Assembly: GCA_951406725.2 (NCBI GenBank) | Contig: OX597816.1 | Span: forward strand, 52,204,001 to 52,268,000 | DNA length: 64,000 nucleotides | Direction: 5' to 3' | Source: Octopus vulgaris | Lineage: Eukaryota | In this document: piece after piece, positions 11,078 through 24,137 of the stretch | How the letters are laid out: each line of letters opens with the position of its first letter | Position numbering within the stretch: position 1 is the stretch's first letter | The notes under the pieces: generated by a model | Told to the model about the DNA's origin: nothing | Databases searched by the model: none | Seen by the model: only the letters and a program-made list of their open reading frames with translations | Program-made: the position numbers and the translations under genes

Positions 11078-13147
11078 TGAATCCACTCCATCAATGTTGA
11101 TCTGAACAACTTGTCTTGAACAAACAAACTCATTCTCTCCAGAATCATCTATCTGGAATGTAGGAAAAATTCTTCTGAAACATTAACCAGAGTTAGTATT
11201 CTTACACTGAACTAAATAAACTGTTGGGTTTTTTAAAGTTAAGAGCAACGTCACAGATAATTAAGTTGATTACCTCCACCAGCCAGTTTCAGCTCATAAT
11301 TATTTTAACTCCAGAATTATGGGTAAAAAATTGACTTCAGCTGTATTTGAACACAGATTCAGCAAAAGCACTTATACATACACGTTTTGTCTGTTTTTAA
11401 TACCTACATACTTGTGAGTTAATGGAATCAGTAGCGTGACTAGAGGATGATAGAGGAAGTGATCGCACTCTGGAGACACATTCTTCAAATATGATACCTT
11501 TTAAATAATTTTTAACTAATTATCTGTCTTCCGAATCTCAAATTTTATTGGCATTTTATTTACTTCATTGCATAGTCTTTGCAAGAACTTACTGGACTCA
11601 TTGCTTTTATTCTACCAACATCCTGTTGTTCTAAATTGTGTGATTAACCTTCTGTGAAGCATATCAGGCCGCTGGCTCCAAGGGAACCATAACAAATCAT
11701 AATATCAGAATCTCCTCTCTGACGCTAGACGCTTTGTGGGGTTTCATCTTTTCCTATCGCTATTCACAACCCATACATATATGTATTATATATGATGACT
11801 ATATCAATGAAGCATGAAAATAATGAATGTAGGATACAGCCATGTACATTATAGCTAATGGAATATTTAGCTTAATGTAAGCGAAACAAACGTCCATTTA
11901 CGTAACTAATTTGTTGATAAACGAAAGTCAAGAATGAATTAAATATCATTCCTCAAACCAAGTTATTTCAATATATACTTATCGCACGCTGATGCTGCTT
12001 GTTGAAGCAAAAGCAAATAACTCTTTTATGAATTTCAGGTACACACATCTACCTCATAAACTACCAGCATAGAATTTATGCTCGTCTAGTAGTAAGATAT
12101 TGTCCAATATATATTGCAAAGGGAATTTTAAGTTGCGTTTTCGTTTCTTTTTATGAGATCGTTGTATCATGTCTAATGTTAAGAATGCCTAGAAGGCATC
12201 ACAGATGGCTCGCTTTTACATCTGATAAGAAATGCCTTGGAGAAAAACAATAAGAATAACCGTCTGTTTAGAACAGAAAGAAGATTAGATAAGTTACAAA
12301 GAGAGAAAAATGTATTGTCAAAATATCACAGACTGGACGCCTACTCATTATTGTCTAAGCACACAAGGCACATGCATCTGATGGAATTCTCTGAAGCGCT
12401 GCTACCTACTTTCAGCTCATGAGATTAAGACGATTCCCTAACCTGGGGTTGTTCCTAATGTAAATGCCTTTAAAAAGTTGCTAATGTCTATTTTTAGATA
12501 ATAGAGATAGTAACAATAGTCTGATTAAGGCTGCACAGTTGCCGAGGAATTGGAGCACCATGGGGATATCATTCTGTATACTATTGTGCAGTGGATGAAG
12601 ATGATATGGTCAGATTATGTACAATCAAAGACACACATGGAAAATAGCCAATAGAACTCTATTCCTGCTTTATGAAACATCTCGTACGTATCCTTATTAA
12701 GTTAGGCCCTCATCAACAAAATCTTAAAGATAATTCTGACGGTGTTTACAAAATATGAATCTAGATGATGTCTTGCAAACAACTTACATTTAAAGTAATT
12801 AAAACTTTATTCGAGAATCAAATTAATAGAGTTTGTGAAATAAATGGATACTTGCTGGTTTAATTTCCAGGTAGAAATATGCTTTCATTAGCCTGTTGGC
12901 TTTTAATAAATAGGTTGCGTGTCTGTAGGTACCCTACACTAATCTATTAAAATTACAAACAAAATTGATAAGCTTGAAACAGTAGAACATTCTAAAATAA
13001 AGGGAGACAGATATTTTCCACACTAAATTTCACTGGTTCAAAAACAGAAATGACTTTACTGGAATTGTAACAGTAAGAAAATAAAAGAGAAAAATAGAAT
13101 ACTCAGCATCCCACACTAGCCTTCTATTGTGTACTCTCTTTTCCTAA

Positions 13148-13631
13148 AGCAGCGAGCTGGCAGAAACGTTAGCGCGCCGGACGAAATGCTTAGCGGCATC
13201 TCGTCTGCCGTTACGTTCTGAGTTCAAGTTCCGCCGAAGTCGACTTTGCCTTTCATCCTTTTGGGGTCGATAAATTAAGTACCAGTTACGCACTGGGATC
13301 GATGTAATCGACTTAATCCCTTTTTCTGTCCTTGTTTGTCACCTCTATGTTTAGCCCCTTGTGGGCAGTAAAGAAATATATATTGTGTACTCTCTTTTCC
13401 TAACCTTGCAATAGGTATCTCGTCTGCCGTTACGTTCTGAGTTCAAGTTCCGCCGAAGTCGACTTTGCCTTTCATTCTTTTGGGGTCGATAAATTAAGTA
13501 CCAGTTTCGCACTGGGGTCGATGTAATCCACTTAATCCCTTTTTCTGTCCTTGTTTGTCCCCTCTATGTTTAGCCCCTTGTGGGCAGTAAAGAAATATAT
13601 ATTGTGTACTCTCTTTTCCTAACCTTGCAAT
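13148..13631 (+). mobile_element. SINE family 1, tail type A, with a local tandem duplication
   Basis: Head, body and tail A are present. The TSD tattgtgtactctcttttcctaa occurs at 13125-13147 and 13381-13403, and again after the second body. Confidence 0.9.
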
Positions 13632-14188
13632 TTTCACCCCATCAGTCATACAATATGAGCCGCCTTCTCCAATTTATTCTGCAACTTCTTCAACATGTCA
13701 CCATCACTACACCAGCTGGAAAATTCAGTCAAAAAGTTATAGTTGATTTTGCAAACAAAAAATTTGAAGTTTTATGATCATGCATGTGACTGAGTAAATC
13801 TGTTACTGAGAAAATGTCGAAATATTTCACACCAAAACATGTAATAACAAGTCATAGCAACACGCAAGCTTATGTGTTCCATTCTAGTCTGTTCCGGAGT
13901 TAACTTCACTTGCTCTTTTTATTGCAACATTTAGGTGTTTTTAGTTGAAGGGAGAAACTTTTTGGGCATTATTTGCGTTGCCCCTGCCTTCCACAACCCT
14001 CCAAAGATCACCTGGCTTATCAAGCGCAAAGCACCGACTCTTATTCTTACCCATATCATAGATGTGATTCTTTATTAAGAGAAATAGGGTCATTGCAAAG
14101 AATAAACTTTATTTTCCCCAAATTTTTCAAAAAAAGTAAAAAGATAACTAAAATATTTACCAAAGTCGTTATGATATTAATGCATTGA

Positions 14189-14392
14189 AAGGCGGCGAGC
14201 TAACAGAATCATTAGCACGCCGGACAAAATGATTAGCGGCATTTTGTCCGTCTTTACGTTCTGAGTTCAAAATCCGCCGGGGTCGGCTTTGCTTTTCATC
14301 ATTTTGAGGTCGATAAAATTAGTACTAGCTGAGTACTGGGGTTCTATATAATTTCCCAAAACTGCTGGCCTCGTGCCTAAATTTGAAACTAC
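14189..14392 (+). mobile_element. SINE family 1, tail type C
   Basis: Same head and core as other family 1 copies; tail aaactgctggcctcgtgcctaaatttgaaac. Confidence 0.8.
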
Positions 14393-14453
14393 AATTTAAG
14401 TACAGTTTTATATTTAAGTGAGAAATTATGTACATTATTTACATTATTTACAC

Positions 14454-14528
14454 GGGTATATGGCGTAGTGGTTAAGAGCGCGGGCTACTAAGCCCAAAAT
14501 TCCAAGTTCGATTTCAAGTAGTGACCTG
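14454..14528 (+). mobile_element. Short tRNA-like (A box/B box) pseudogene or mini-SINE with an (AAT)n tail
   Basis: tggcgtagtggttaagagcgcgggct...gttcgatt followed by AAT repeats. Confidence 0.55.
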
Positions 14529-15114
14529 AATAATAATAGTAATAATAATAATAATAGAGAGGATAGGAATTTCACTTGGGTGTACGCCACAAATTCTTCT
14601 TGGGTAATGTCTATTACTATATTTTATAATCACATGTTTCGACTGAGTAGACAATAATTTATCGCATTAAAGCATATGAGTTAAATTTTTTTTTAAATAA
14701 CAATATATAAAAGGAAAACTACGATTTTCGCTGCCCTACCACCACCAAGGTTCAGTCCAATTTATCAATTGAGAAATTCTCGTTTCTTTTCGTTTCATTT
14801 CACTTCAGCCATCAAGCTATGTATATCTTCTAATATATTTCTCTGTCAGCATATTTTAACCATACAATCATGCCTGTGCCTGTACGTAGCCATCTAAGTT
14901 ATATAAATTCCACATTAAATACCCTAAATCTTGAGCATTTTTACTTTGCATGTTATACTAACAAAGTAGACTTAGTAGCATACACACAGAGATCATCCAC
15001 GGTTTAGCTAAAATCATATGAGAGTTTCTTTCATTCGAAGACAAGTATAGACAGGTAATAAGCAGTAGCATTATAGTAAATTCTGGAGTCGATCAACAGA
15101 CTGTCAACAACATA

Positions 15115-15523
15115 TAGGCGTAGGAGTGGCTGTGTGGTAAGTACGTTGCTTATAAACCACATGGTTCCGGGTTCAGTCCCACTGCATGGCACCTTGGGCA
15201 AGTGTCTTCTACTATAGCCTCGAGCCGACCAAAGCCATGTGAGTGGATTTGGTAGACGGAAACTGAAAGAAACCCCTCGTATATATGTATGGGCATATAT
15301 ATGTGTGTGTTTGTGTTTCCCGCCCCCCCCCCCCAACATCGCTTGATAACCGATGCCGGTGAGTTTACGTCCCCGTAACTTAGCGGTTCGGCAAAAGAGA
15401 CCGATAGAATAAGTACTAGGCTTACAAAGAATAAGTCCTGGGATGGATTTGGTCGACTAAAGGCGGGTGCTTCAGCATGGCCAAAGTCAAATGACTGAAA
15501 CAAGTAAAAGAGTAAAAGAGTAA
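15115..15523 (+). mobile_element. SINE family 2 (~410 bp; internal microsatellite; (GTAAAAGA)n end)
   Basis: Head ggagtggctgtgtggtaag...ggttcagtccc and tail ggtgct(c/t)cagcatggcc...gactgaaacaagtaaaagag. About nine copies occur in the window. Confidence 0.88.
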
Positions 15524-16647
15524 CATACTTAAGTACATGATTTCCATTGTTATTTTTTTCCAAGTATCCTAACCTCTCCACAACGTATATGGTCTGACCT
15601 TCAAAAATAAGTAAAATTGGGGAAACATTCTGTATAGCAGGTTCGATCTACTTAAAGTCTTACTTTCGTTCTACAACCGGTAATGCCAAATTAACTGAGT
15701 TAGATTTGTTTTTCATTGAAAAGCAGTTGGCTACTAACTGAAAAAGATTATAATAAATTAATAGATAACATAACAAGATTGAAGCCAAGAGGAAAGTTGT
15801 TGCTGTTGTTGTTGTTGTTGCTGCTGCTGCTGCATTCATTTTTTTATATTCGCTTTGTTTTCTTTTTCGTATAAAATATAAAGTAATTAAATAGCACAAT
15901 GCTTTTTGTTATGTTTTGATTTTAAATACAATATAGATTTATGAATTTAATGTAAAAATATTTTTTATAGTATTTTGATTTTAAGAATATAATAACAATT
16001 ACGTACCACGTACTTACTTTAAAACTGTATTTTCCTTGTGTTTTGATTTTAAAAAGAAAATAAATACTATGTACTATGTACTACATACTTCGTCTAAAGC
16101 TATAATTTTGGTTTTGATTTTAAATACATGTAGAATCAATTTAACATTACTGGAACGTGGCCAGGCGCTTTTTTATATATGCTCGCTTCCTTTTATTTAG
16201 AATCTCGCTACACACTTGCAGCTAATGCATCAAGGCTGAATCAATTTGGTAAAGACACAAAGATTAGATAAAGTAAAACTATCTTAGTCAGATATCAAAA
16301 TTTATGTCGCATTATCTGCTCTGTTACTTTGGCATCACAATTTCAAAAGAAATATAAATGAACAAAAATATTCATTTATCCCGCGAACGTTTTGGAAATA
16401 TTAAATCAGTTGCTTAACATTATGTGGGCAGGGCTAATTTATATGAATGAGACGTCAGTCGTAACGCTCTACCTCTTAAAACTTCAAATCTGTTTCCAAT
16501 GGCCAGGTGAACGGAAATAATGATGTTGGATACCCGTCTTGCAATGATGAAGATTCGGTTGTTCGATCAAGTGAATTAACTGACCTTGAATTAACATGAA
16601 TAAGGGTGAGCATTCTACTGATGTTTGTGACGTTAAATTCCTTTGAA

Positions 16648-17665
16648 TTTTTTTCCGTCCTTGTTTTTGTAAACATTCGCTGCTTTCTTCCATAGAGTCT
16701 AATGTTCTTAAATTAGTTTTCCTTGGGGTTGGCCAGATTGGAGCAATCTCAAGTATAATCAGCCGAAATTGCGAGGATAATTTGGTGCTTGACTGAGGAA
16801 AGAAAACTTCGAATGACTTGTATCGTCTATCTGGATGTTTTGTTGTCCCATTTTTGTATCGACTAGCCGTCCTGATATTTTGAATTCTTGTCCCATTTTG
16901 TATTATATATATATAGCGGCGTACGAACAATTTGGTCTCTTATATGTAAGTATACATTTTTCTAAATCTTGTACGATTCTATTTCTGTCTATCAGCCCTT
17001 TCCCTCTTATTCGTTAATTCCACTCTTCGTTCTTTCGTTCCACCTCTCTCACATTTCTTTGCCTTCTCTTCTTGCTCACTTTCCCTCCACTTTTCACTTC
17101 ACTATGTTCCTGTCATTTTTTCTCGCCCCTCCTTAATTCTTTTGCCTCTCTGCTTCTACTTCTCTTCCCACGTGACCGGCGTTCGGCCAAGCTTGTTCTT
17201 TCTCTCTTGGTCTGCCCGTTGTCCGTGCAACATCGATATTCTTCCTCGTGTTTGTGAAATCCCGTATCCCCGCCTTAAGACTTCATTTCCACACACGCCA
17301 GCTTAATTCAATTCGTCCTTAGTCAAAAGATACCTGTTATTGTGTCCTGTTTTTATTTTTAGTGTATTTGTATTTGTGTAACATTGTCCTTTTTTCCGTC
17401 CTTGTTTTTGTATACATTCGCTGCTTTCTTCCATAGAATCTAATGTTCTTAAATTAGTTTTTCCTTGGGGTTGGCCAGATTGAAGCAATCTCAAGTATAA
17501 TCAGCCGAAATTGCAAGGATAATTTGGTGCTTGACTGAGGAAAGAAAACTTCGAATGACTCATCCTTGTTTTCTTTGTATCGTCTATCTGGATGTTTTGT
17601 TGTCCCATTTTTGTATCACCAAGCTGTCCGGATATTTTGCGTTCCTGACCAATTTGTATTATATA
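16648..17665. mobile_element. Penelope-like repeat with a direct pseudo-LTR-like duplication (16648-16910 and 17387-17665)
   Basis: A ~265-bp direct repeat. A partial inverted copy lies at 18681-18808 and a related fragment at 23440-23550. The Penelope assignment is inferred from architecture and nearby hammerheads. Confidence 0.5.
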
Positions 17666-17714
<49 letters not shown>

Positions 17715-17795
17715 CAACGCGCACACGTACATCATATACACAACACATACATACACGCACATACATACATACATAAACACACACAACCCCGCACG

Positions 17796-17842
<47 letters not shown>

Positions 17843-18025
17843 ATTAGGGCTTAGTAAAATAAATTACTTTGCCACATACTGAACTTAGTAGAAATAGCAG
17901 CCAAAAAAAAAATTTTTTAGCTATTTCTACTACTTAAAGGAAATTTCTCTCAGATAATGTTTACTCCAGACAGCTCACGAAGGTTTGGGGGTAAATACAG
18001 AAAAATATCACAAGTACATAGATCG

Positions 18026-18088
18026 TTTGAGTACGTCAACGTTTCAAGATTAGCCAAATAAAATCAGCATTTCTTTCGTCAGCTCAAA
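18026..18088 (-). ncRNA. Type I hammerhead ribozyme motif
   Basis: Minus strand reads UUUGAG-CUGACGA-AAGA...UCUU-GAAA-CG-UUGA-CG-UA-CUCAAA. This gives a 6-bp stem I, an intact core, stem II, stem III with a tetraloop, and a GUA cleavage triplet. Confidence 0.82.
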
Positions 18089-18305
18089 ATTTCTTAATTT
18101 GGATTTGGAAACACTAAAAGAAGGAACTTTACCTATCGGCGAACTTGTCGCTTCAAATGAACCAGCCCCAACTGCCAGTGCCAACAAATTCAAAATGCGC
18201 AGGCGTAAATTTCTGCACTCCTTTTCCACCCACGTGGTCTATCTAGCAAACATTATATTTTAACCGCGAGAACCGAGGCAGTATGACAGAGAGAAATGAA
18301 TTATA

Positions 18306-18608
18306 ATATCAACAATTGAGGGTAAAATTAATTAATCAATTTCACCAAGTGTTCAGTATGTAAAAGGACCATTTAAGGCGAATTCAAAATATTACATTAT
18401 ATAATTAGGGCTTAGTAAAATAAATTACTTTGCCACATACTGAACTTAGTAGAAATAGCAGCTATTTCTACTAAGTTCAGTATGTGGCAAAGTAATTTAT
18501 TTTACTAAGCCCTAATTATATAATGTAATATTTTGAATTCGCCTTAAATGGTCCTTTTACATACTGAACACTTGGTAAAATTGATTAATTAATTTTACCC
18601 TCAATTGT

Positions 18609-18614
<6 letters not shown>
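18306..18614. repeat. Near-perfect palindrome with 154-bp arms and a 1-nt spacer
   Basis: The centre agaaatagc-a-gctatttct is at 18460. One mismatch was seen between the arms. Confidence 0.93.
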
Positions 18615-18683
<69 letters not shown>

Positions 18684-18996
18684 ATACAAATTGGTCAGGA
18701 ACGCAAAATATCCGGACAGCTTGGTGATACAAAAATGGGACAACAAAACATCCAGATAGACGATACAAAGAAAACAAGGATGAGTCATTCGAAGTTTTCT
18801 TTCCTCACTTTTCGTTTCAGCACTTTACGTTTTGAGTTTAAATAACTGCAATGTTAACTTTTTTTTTTTCATTTTTCCGGGGTCAATAAAATAAAATAAC
18901 AGTTAAGTACTGAGGTCGATTCAATCGGTCGTTAGCTCTTTCACCAAATGTCTGGCTTCATGTCTATGGGGCAAACTTCTTTAATGTAGGTACAGT

Positions 18997-19054
<58 letters not shown>

Positions 19055-19109
19055 TCGGTGGTGATTTTTTTTCTTCGCCTTCCCTTCTTTGGGCCTTTTC
19101 TTTTTCTAT

Positions 19110-19144
19110 GTTTCTGACGAAGAGCTCCGCTCGAAACGTTAAAT
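19110..19144 (+). ncRNA. Minimal hammerhead motif (Penelope-type, no stem III loop)
   Basis: GUUU-CUGACGA-A-GAGC-UCC-GCUC-GAAAC-GU-U-AAAU. The palindromic AACGUU could allow a dimeric fold. Confidence 0.6.
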
Positions 19145-19257
19145 CCTCCTTTCTTTCCATTCCCGAGCGTCCAATAACACTATACTTGTTCCACGTCCTC
19201 ACGTTGTTGTGTTTTCTCTTTGTTCGTGTTTGGATTAACAATATATACATACATACA

Positions 19258-19288
<31 letters not shown>

Positions 19289-19290
19289 GT

Positions 19291-19499
19291 ATACTCTTTA
19301 ATTTGTTTCAGTCAGTTGACTGCGGCCATGCTGGAGCACCGCCTTTTGTCGAGCAACTCGACCCCGGGACTTATTCTTAGTAAGCCCAGTTCTCATTCTA
19401 TCGGTCTCTTTTTGCTGAACCGCTAAGTGACGGGGACATAAACACACCAGCATCGGTTGTCAAGCAATGCTAGGGGGACAAACACAGACACGCAAACAT

Positions 19500-19540
<41 letters not shown>
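19291..19540 (-). mobile_element. SINE family 2, 3' half
   Basis: Matches the 3' half of 15115-15523. Confidence 0.82.
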
Positions 19541-19588
<48 letters not shown>

Positions 19589-19995
19589 ATTGACCCCGGA
19601 AAAATGAAAATAAAATAAGTTAACATTGCAGTTATTTAAACTCAAAACGTCAAATGCTGGAACGAATAACGCGAGGTGTCTAGTCCTATACTCTAACCAT
19701 TCTGCCAACGTACTAATCTAATAATACTGAAAATTATCCGAAAGTATCTCTCTTCTGCTAAAAATCAAACTCACTCTCGATTATATTGCCCACATTGAAT
19801 TTTTAATTAATTTTAAATTTTCTTTTAATTAATTAAAAATTCCGTCCCCTCTACCGCCTTTTCTTCACTAGAATTGATCGTTAGGCTAATGATTTTTCTT
19901 CTTACAAATGTAATTTTAATTAATCAAATTCAAGTTAATAAATTATTATTGCCTCAACACATTAGTTATGCGGGCACCCATCATACCATATCATA

Positions 19996-20309
19996 TTGGG
20001 CTGTCCGGAAAGTTCGTGCCGATTTTTAAAGGAAAGAAAAAGGTCAATAAATACTTGCCATTACATTTTTAATCAAACAAATATGAATCATTTTGTTGCA
20101 CAATGCGTCTCTATCTTTCCTTTAACTTGAAAATACCCTCTTCCCAGAATTGAGATGGTTTCATGGCAAAGAATTCATCAAGGTATCTTTTTAAGTCAGC
20201 CAAGGAATTGAAATATTTACCATTAAGACTATTCTGCAGAGACCTGAATAAGTGGAAATCCGAAGGAGCAATATCTGGTGAATATAGAGAGTGAGGTAAC
20301 ACATCCCAG
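19996..20309 (-). mobile_element. Mariner 3' fragment (same family as 8434-8986)
   Basis: One TIR with TA, plus YSPDIAPSDFHLFRSLQNSLNGK. Confidence 0.9.
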
Positions 20310-20580
20310 ACCGCAGTTTCGATTCCCAGACCGGGCGTTGTGTGTGTTTATTGAGGGAAAACACCTAAAAGCTCCACGACGCTCCGGCAGGGGGTAGTGA
20401 CGACCCCTGTTGTACTCTTTCGCCCCAACTTTCTCTCCCTCTTTCTTCCTGTTTCTTGAGTAATGCTGCGATGGGCTGGCATCCTGTCCAAATGTGGGGA
20501 ACACATACGCCATAGAAACCGGGAAACCTGGCCCATGAGCCTGGCTAGGCTTGAAAAGGGCGTGACAATAAAAATAAATT
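20310..20580 (+). mobile_element. 5'-truncated SINE (same family as 61368-61685)
   Basis: Matches the reverse complement of 61368-61640. Confidence 0.8.
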
Positions 20581-21479
20581 ACTGCTGCTGCTATTACTGC
20601 TGCCGCTGCTTCTACTATTACTACTGTTGCTGTTGCTGCTGCTGCTGCTGTCTCTCAGCTATTCGATATATAACTTCTCTACATTTGTTGTCTTGTGCCT
20701 ATCTTACTTGCAAATTCAGTACCAGTCGAACACTGGGGTTGATATAGTCGGCATACCTTCTCCTCCGAAACTGCTCGACTTGTACGGAAATTTGAAATTA
20801 TTATGTTGTGGGCGAGCTAGCAGAATCCAGAGAACCATGAGAAAATGCTTTTCTTTTTTTGCTTTTTTTTTTTGTAAACTCAGAACGTAAAATTTGTTCC
20901 AATTTTTATACTCCCATTTCAAATGCCACCGGGTCAATTTTGCTTCTCGTCCATTTGGGGCCGATATTAAAAATCAAATCACATACTAGGGTGGTGCATA
21001 GCATCGGCTAATCTTTCTCCTTATATGATCTGCCTTGTTGTGTAAATCAAAATCTATTATCATTATTATTAGGATGATGGTTTGACAGTAATACTGGAAC
21101 GTCAGACAAGAACACCTTACACTATTTGTTTCGGCTCTTTATGCTTTGAATGCAAATTCCGCGGAGGTCAACTATGTCTTCCAGGCTTCCGAAATCGTTA
21201 AAATAAAATTATGCGTTTGATTGAGCAATTATCTTCTCCAAAATCACCTTATACCAATTTTTGAAATTATTATTATTTTAATATTTGGATATTAGAATTG
21301 TACCAAATAACTGTTATTATTTATTAGTTCAAAGTGAAAAAGTCATATGCGTATGAGTGTTTGTGCTGAGGTGCGCGAATCTCTTATGATAATAAATTTA
21401 TAAAAATATGAATACACACGTATACATTTACAGACAAACAAACAGACAGGAAGACACACAGATAGACGGGCAGATATAT

Positions 21480-21521
21480 AGATTACTAGATAGATAGATT
21501 AATAGATAGATAGATTAATAT

Positions 21522-21566
<45 letters not shown>

Positions 21567-21623
21567 CAGACAGATAGATAGATAGATAGACAGATAGATA
21601 GATAGATAGATATACAGATAGAG

Positions 21624-21692
<69 letters not shown>
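21480..21692. repeat. (GATA)n microsatellite
   Basis: Directly visible in the sequence. Confidence 0.95.
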
Positions 21693-22147
21693 TGTATGTA
21701 TTTTATGTGTCTGCGTTCATATAGAAAATAAAGAGTGGTAGAGAGGGTTACAAGATACGAGTGAGTGAGAAAGATAGAAAAAGAAAATAATTTTAAATGA
21801 CGAAAGTATAATATCCCACCACGTAGAATAATTGGAAACGTTTTCTTTTAAAGAATTTATCTGTTGACCAAGAAAGGAAATATCAGAGTAACTGTTTTGG
21901 AATATTTCTATGGGTTTCTTTTAGTTTTTATTTTTATTTTTGTTTGTTGTACTTTTGTTGTTGCGTTACTTTGATGATTTTTCTTGATTTTTTTACGAGC
22001 TATGGAGTGTGTATGGATTATATTTTATAGTCTAGCCTAAATAACAACAGAAATTCAAACAGCTATGATATCATTTCGTTTGCAAAATACAATTTCCAAC
22101 ATTATTCTAATAGTCATAGTTAGAGAGAAGTAATATATATATATGTG

Positions 22148-22233
<86 letters not shown>

Positions 22234-22241
22234 TGTATATA

Positions 22242-22310
<69 letters not shown>

Positions 22311-22393
22311 CAGACATAGAGGGAGAGAGAAAGAGTTATATGCGTGTGTGTGTTTTATATATACTTACATCTATCTATCTTACTATATATATA

Positions 22394-22427
<34 letters not shown>

Positions 22428-23706
22428 CACTCACGCACATACATCTATTTTTTATATATAGATATACATTGGACACAAAAATTGTATCTATCACTATATT
22501 GAAAGAGACGAAGACTATGAAGGATATATATAAAAATATATATAATACAAAAAACAAATGTCTAGAAATGAAAATAATTTCATGTGTACATCAAACAGAC
22601 GCCGGTGAACCTTGCGATATACTTATTTATATATTTTTATTTTATGCTGTTTTGTTTATTACTATGTTTTTTTTTTACATTGGTTTCAGTCAATTCTATG
22701 CATAAGAAAAAATGGAATTTATACCACTTCTTTTCATTTTGACTTTCTTTTCGATTTCTTTCTCATTTAATCTGTTCCTATATGTTCTGTATTTTCTATC
22801 TCTAAAGCAAAATGTACTTAAGTCTCTGGGATATCATGTTATGGAATGGTCTGGTAAAAATATGATACGTTATGTTATATTATCTTGTGTTATATTATAT
22901 TACGTGTGGTGTGCGTGACTTAGTGGTTAGGGTGCTGAGCAGTTTCAGTAGTTTTGAACCTATGATAATAACATCATACAACCTCGATTCCTGGAATTCA
23001 GTGGTTCGTTGTGCCCTAGTAGCAACTCGCATATTCCATTCCAGTTTGCTCTTGTCTATTCAGCAGAAATGAGCACTAGCCAGTTGCTGGGGCAGCCTTT
23101 TCTCCTTCTCGCAGTGATATCTTAGATATTCTGCTGGATCAAAGGTGAGAAAGCTAAGAAAGTGTCTATGTCTGCTCACGAAATCACAAGGAACTAAACA
23201 AATGAATGAATGTGTGACATACACTACCAAGTTATCACCGTTTCCAAGTGAAAAGCGTATGGTATGGCAGAATATGTTATAATCTGTTATGTTATCGCAT
23301 GAAACCGCAAGTTGTAATACGTAGTCAATGTTTTCATTTATTTAATCACTCAAAGCATCTGTGAAGCCCAAAAACAGAGTAAAAGAAACACCTAATACAT
23401 CCCATATGTGTATCCATTACATATATATATATGTATGTATGGGGCTGGCCAGATTGGAGCAATCTCAAGATTAATCAGCCGAAATTGCAAGGATGATCCG
23501 GTTCTTGACTGAAGATTGAAGGCTTCGAATGTCCCGTCCGTGTTTTTTGTGTACCACATATATGTGTACCACATGTGTGTGTGTGTGTGTACATGTGTGT
23601 GTGTGTGTCTGTGTGTGTATGTATGTATTATGTATTTATGTATATATGCATGCATATGCATACATATATATTTAAGCAAACACACATATACATACATAAA
23701 TATATG

Positions 23707-23739
<33 letters not shown>

Positions 23740-24088
23740 ACATGTGTGTGTGTGTGTATACATTTGTGTGCGTGTGTGTGTTTGTGTGTGTGTGAGTGTG
23801 TTCATATTTATGAATTTATATTAAGCACTATATTCTTGGTTATTGCATATCAGCGATCAGAAAGTTACCGCCAGTTTCGCGCTGGCTATTACTCTTGGCG
23901 ATATTGACAACTGCGAAGTGCAATAATCGCTACGAAGCCGTCAGGAAGTTTCTGACCGCTTATATACCATATTGAGGGCTAGATTGCTCGATAATATAAA
24001 AATATAACATTGTATCATCTCAATTTCTCTTTTAAAGTGTATTTCTTCCTAACTTATGGACAGTTAACCGGCAATATATGTGTGTGTG

Positions 24089-24137
<49 letters not shown>

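Larger units (their letters stand above)
17836..18614. mobile_element. Penelope-like terminal-repeat unit with a direct repeat, a hammerhead and an inverted end
   Basis: 17836-17902 is repeated at 18396-18462, with a hammerhead motif between them and a palindrome at 18306-18614. Confidence 0.65.

Noticed and set aside
12200-12620. Higher-complexity block that might be an exon or RT remnant (KIDISNF-like on the minus strand)
   Set aside because: No sustained frame, convincing motif set or clear splice sites.
14454-14528. Functional tRNA gene
   Set aside because: No convincing acceptor stem, and the AAT tail points to a retroposed derivative. The same applies to the SINE heads.
15031-15581. 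Recurring peptides such as RLPNPLTRLWSARGYSRRHLPKVP and YRPRKDERQSRPRRNLNSER
   Set aside because: They are chance translations of SINE families 1 and 2, repeated only because the SINEs are repeated.
16720-16780. Possible hammerhead in the 16.7k/17.5k repeat (...cagccGAAAttgc)
   Set aside because: No CUGANGA box at the required position.
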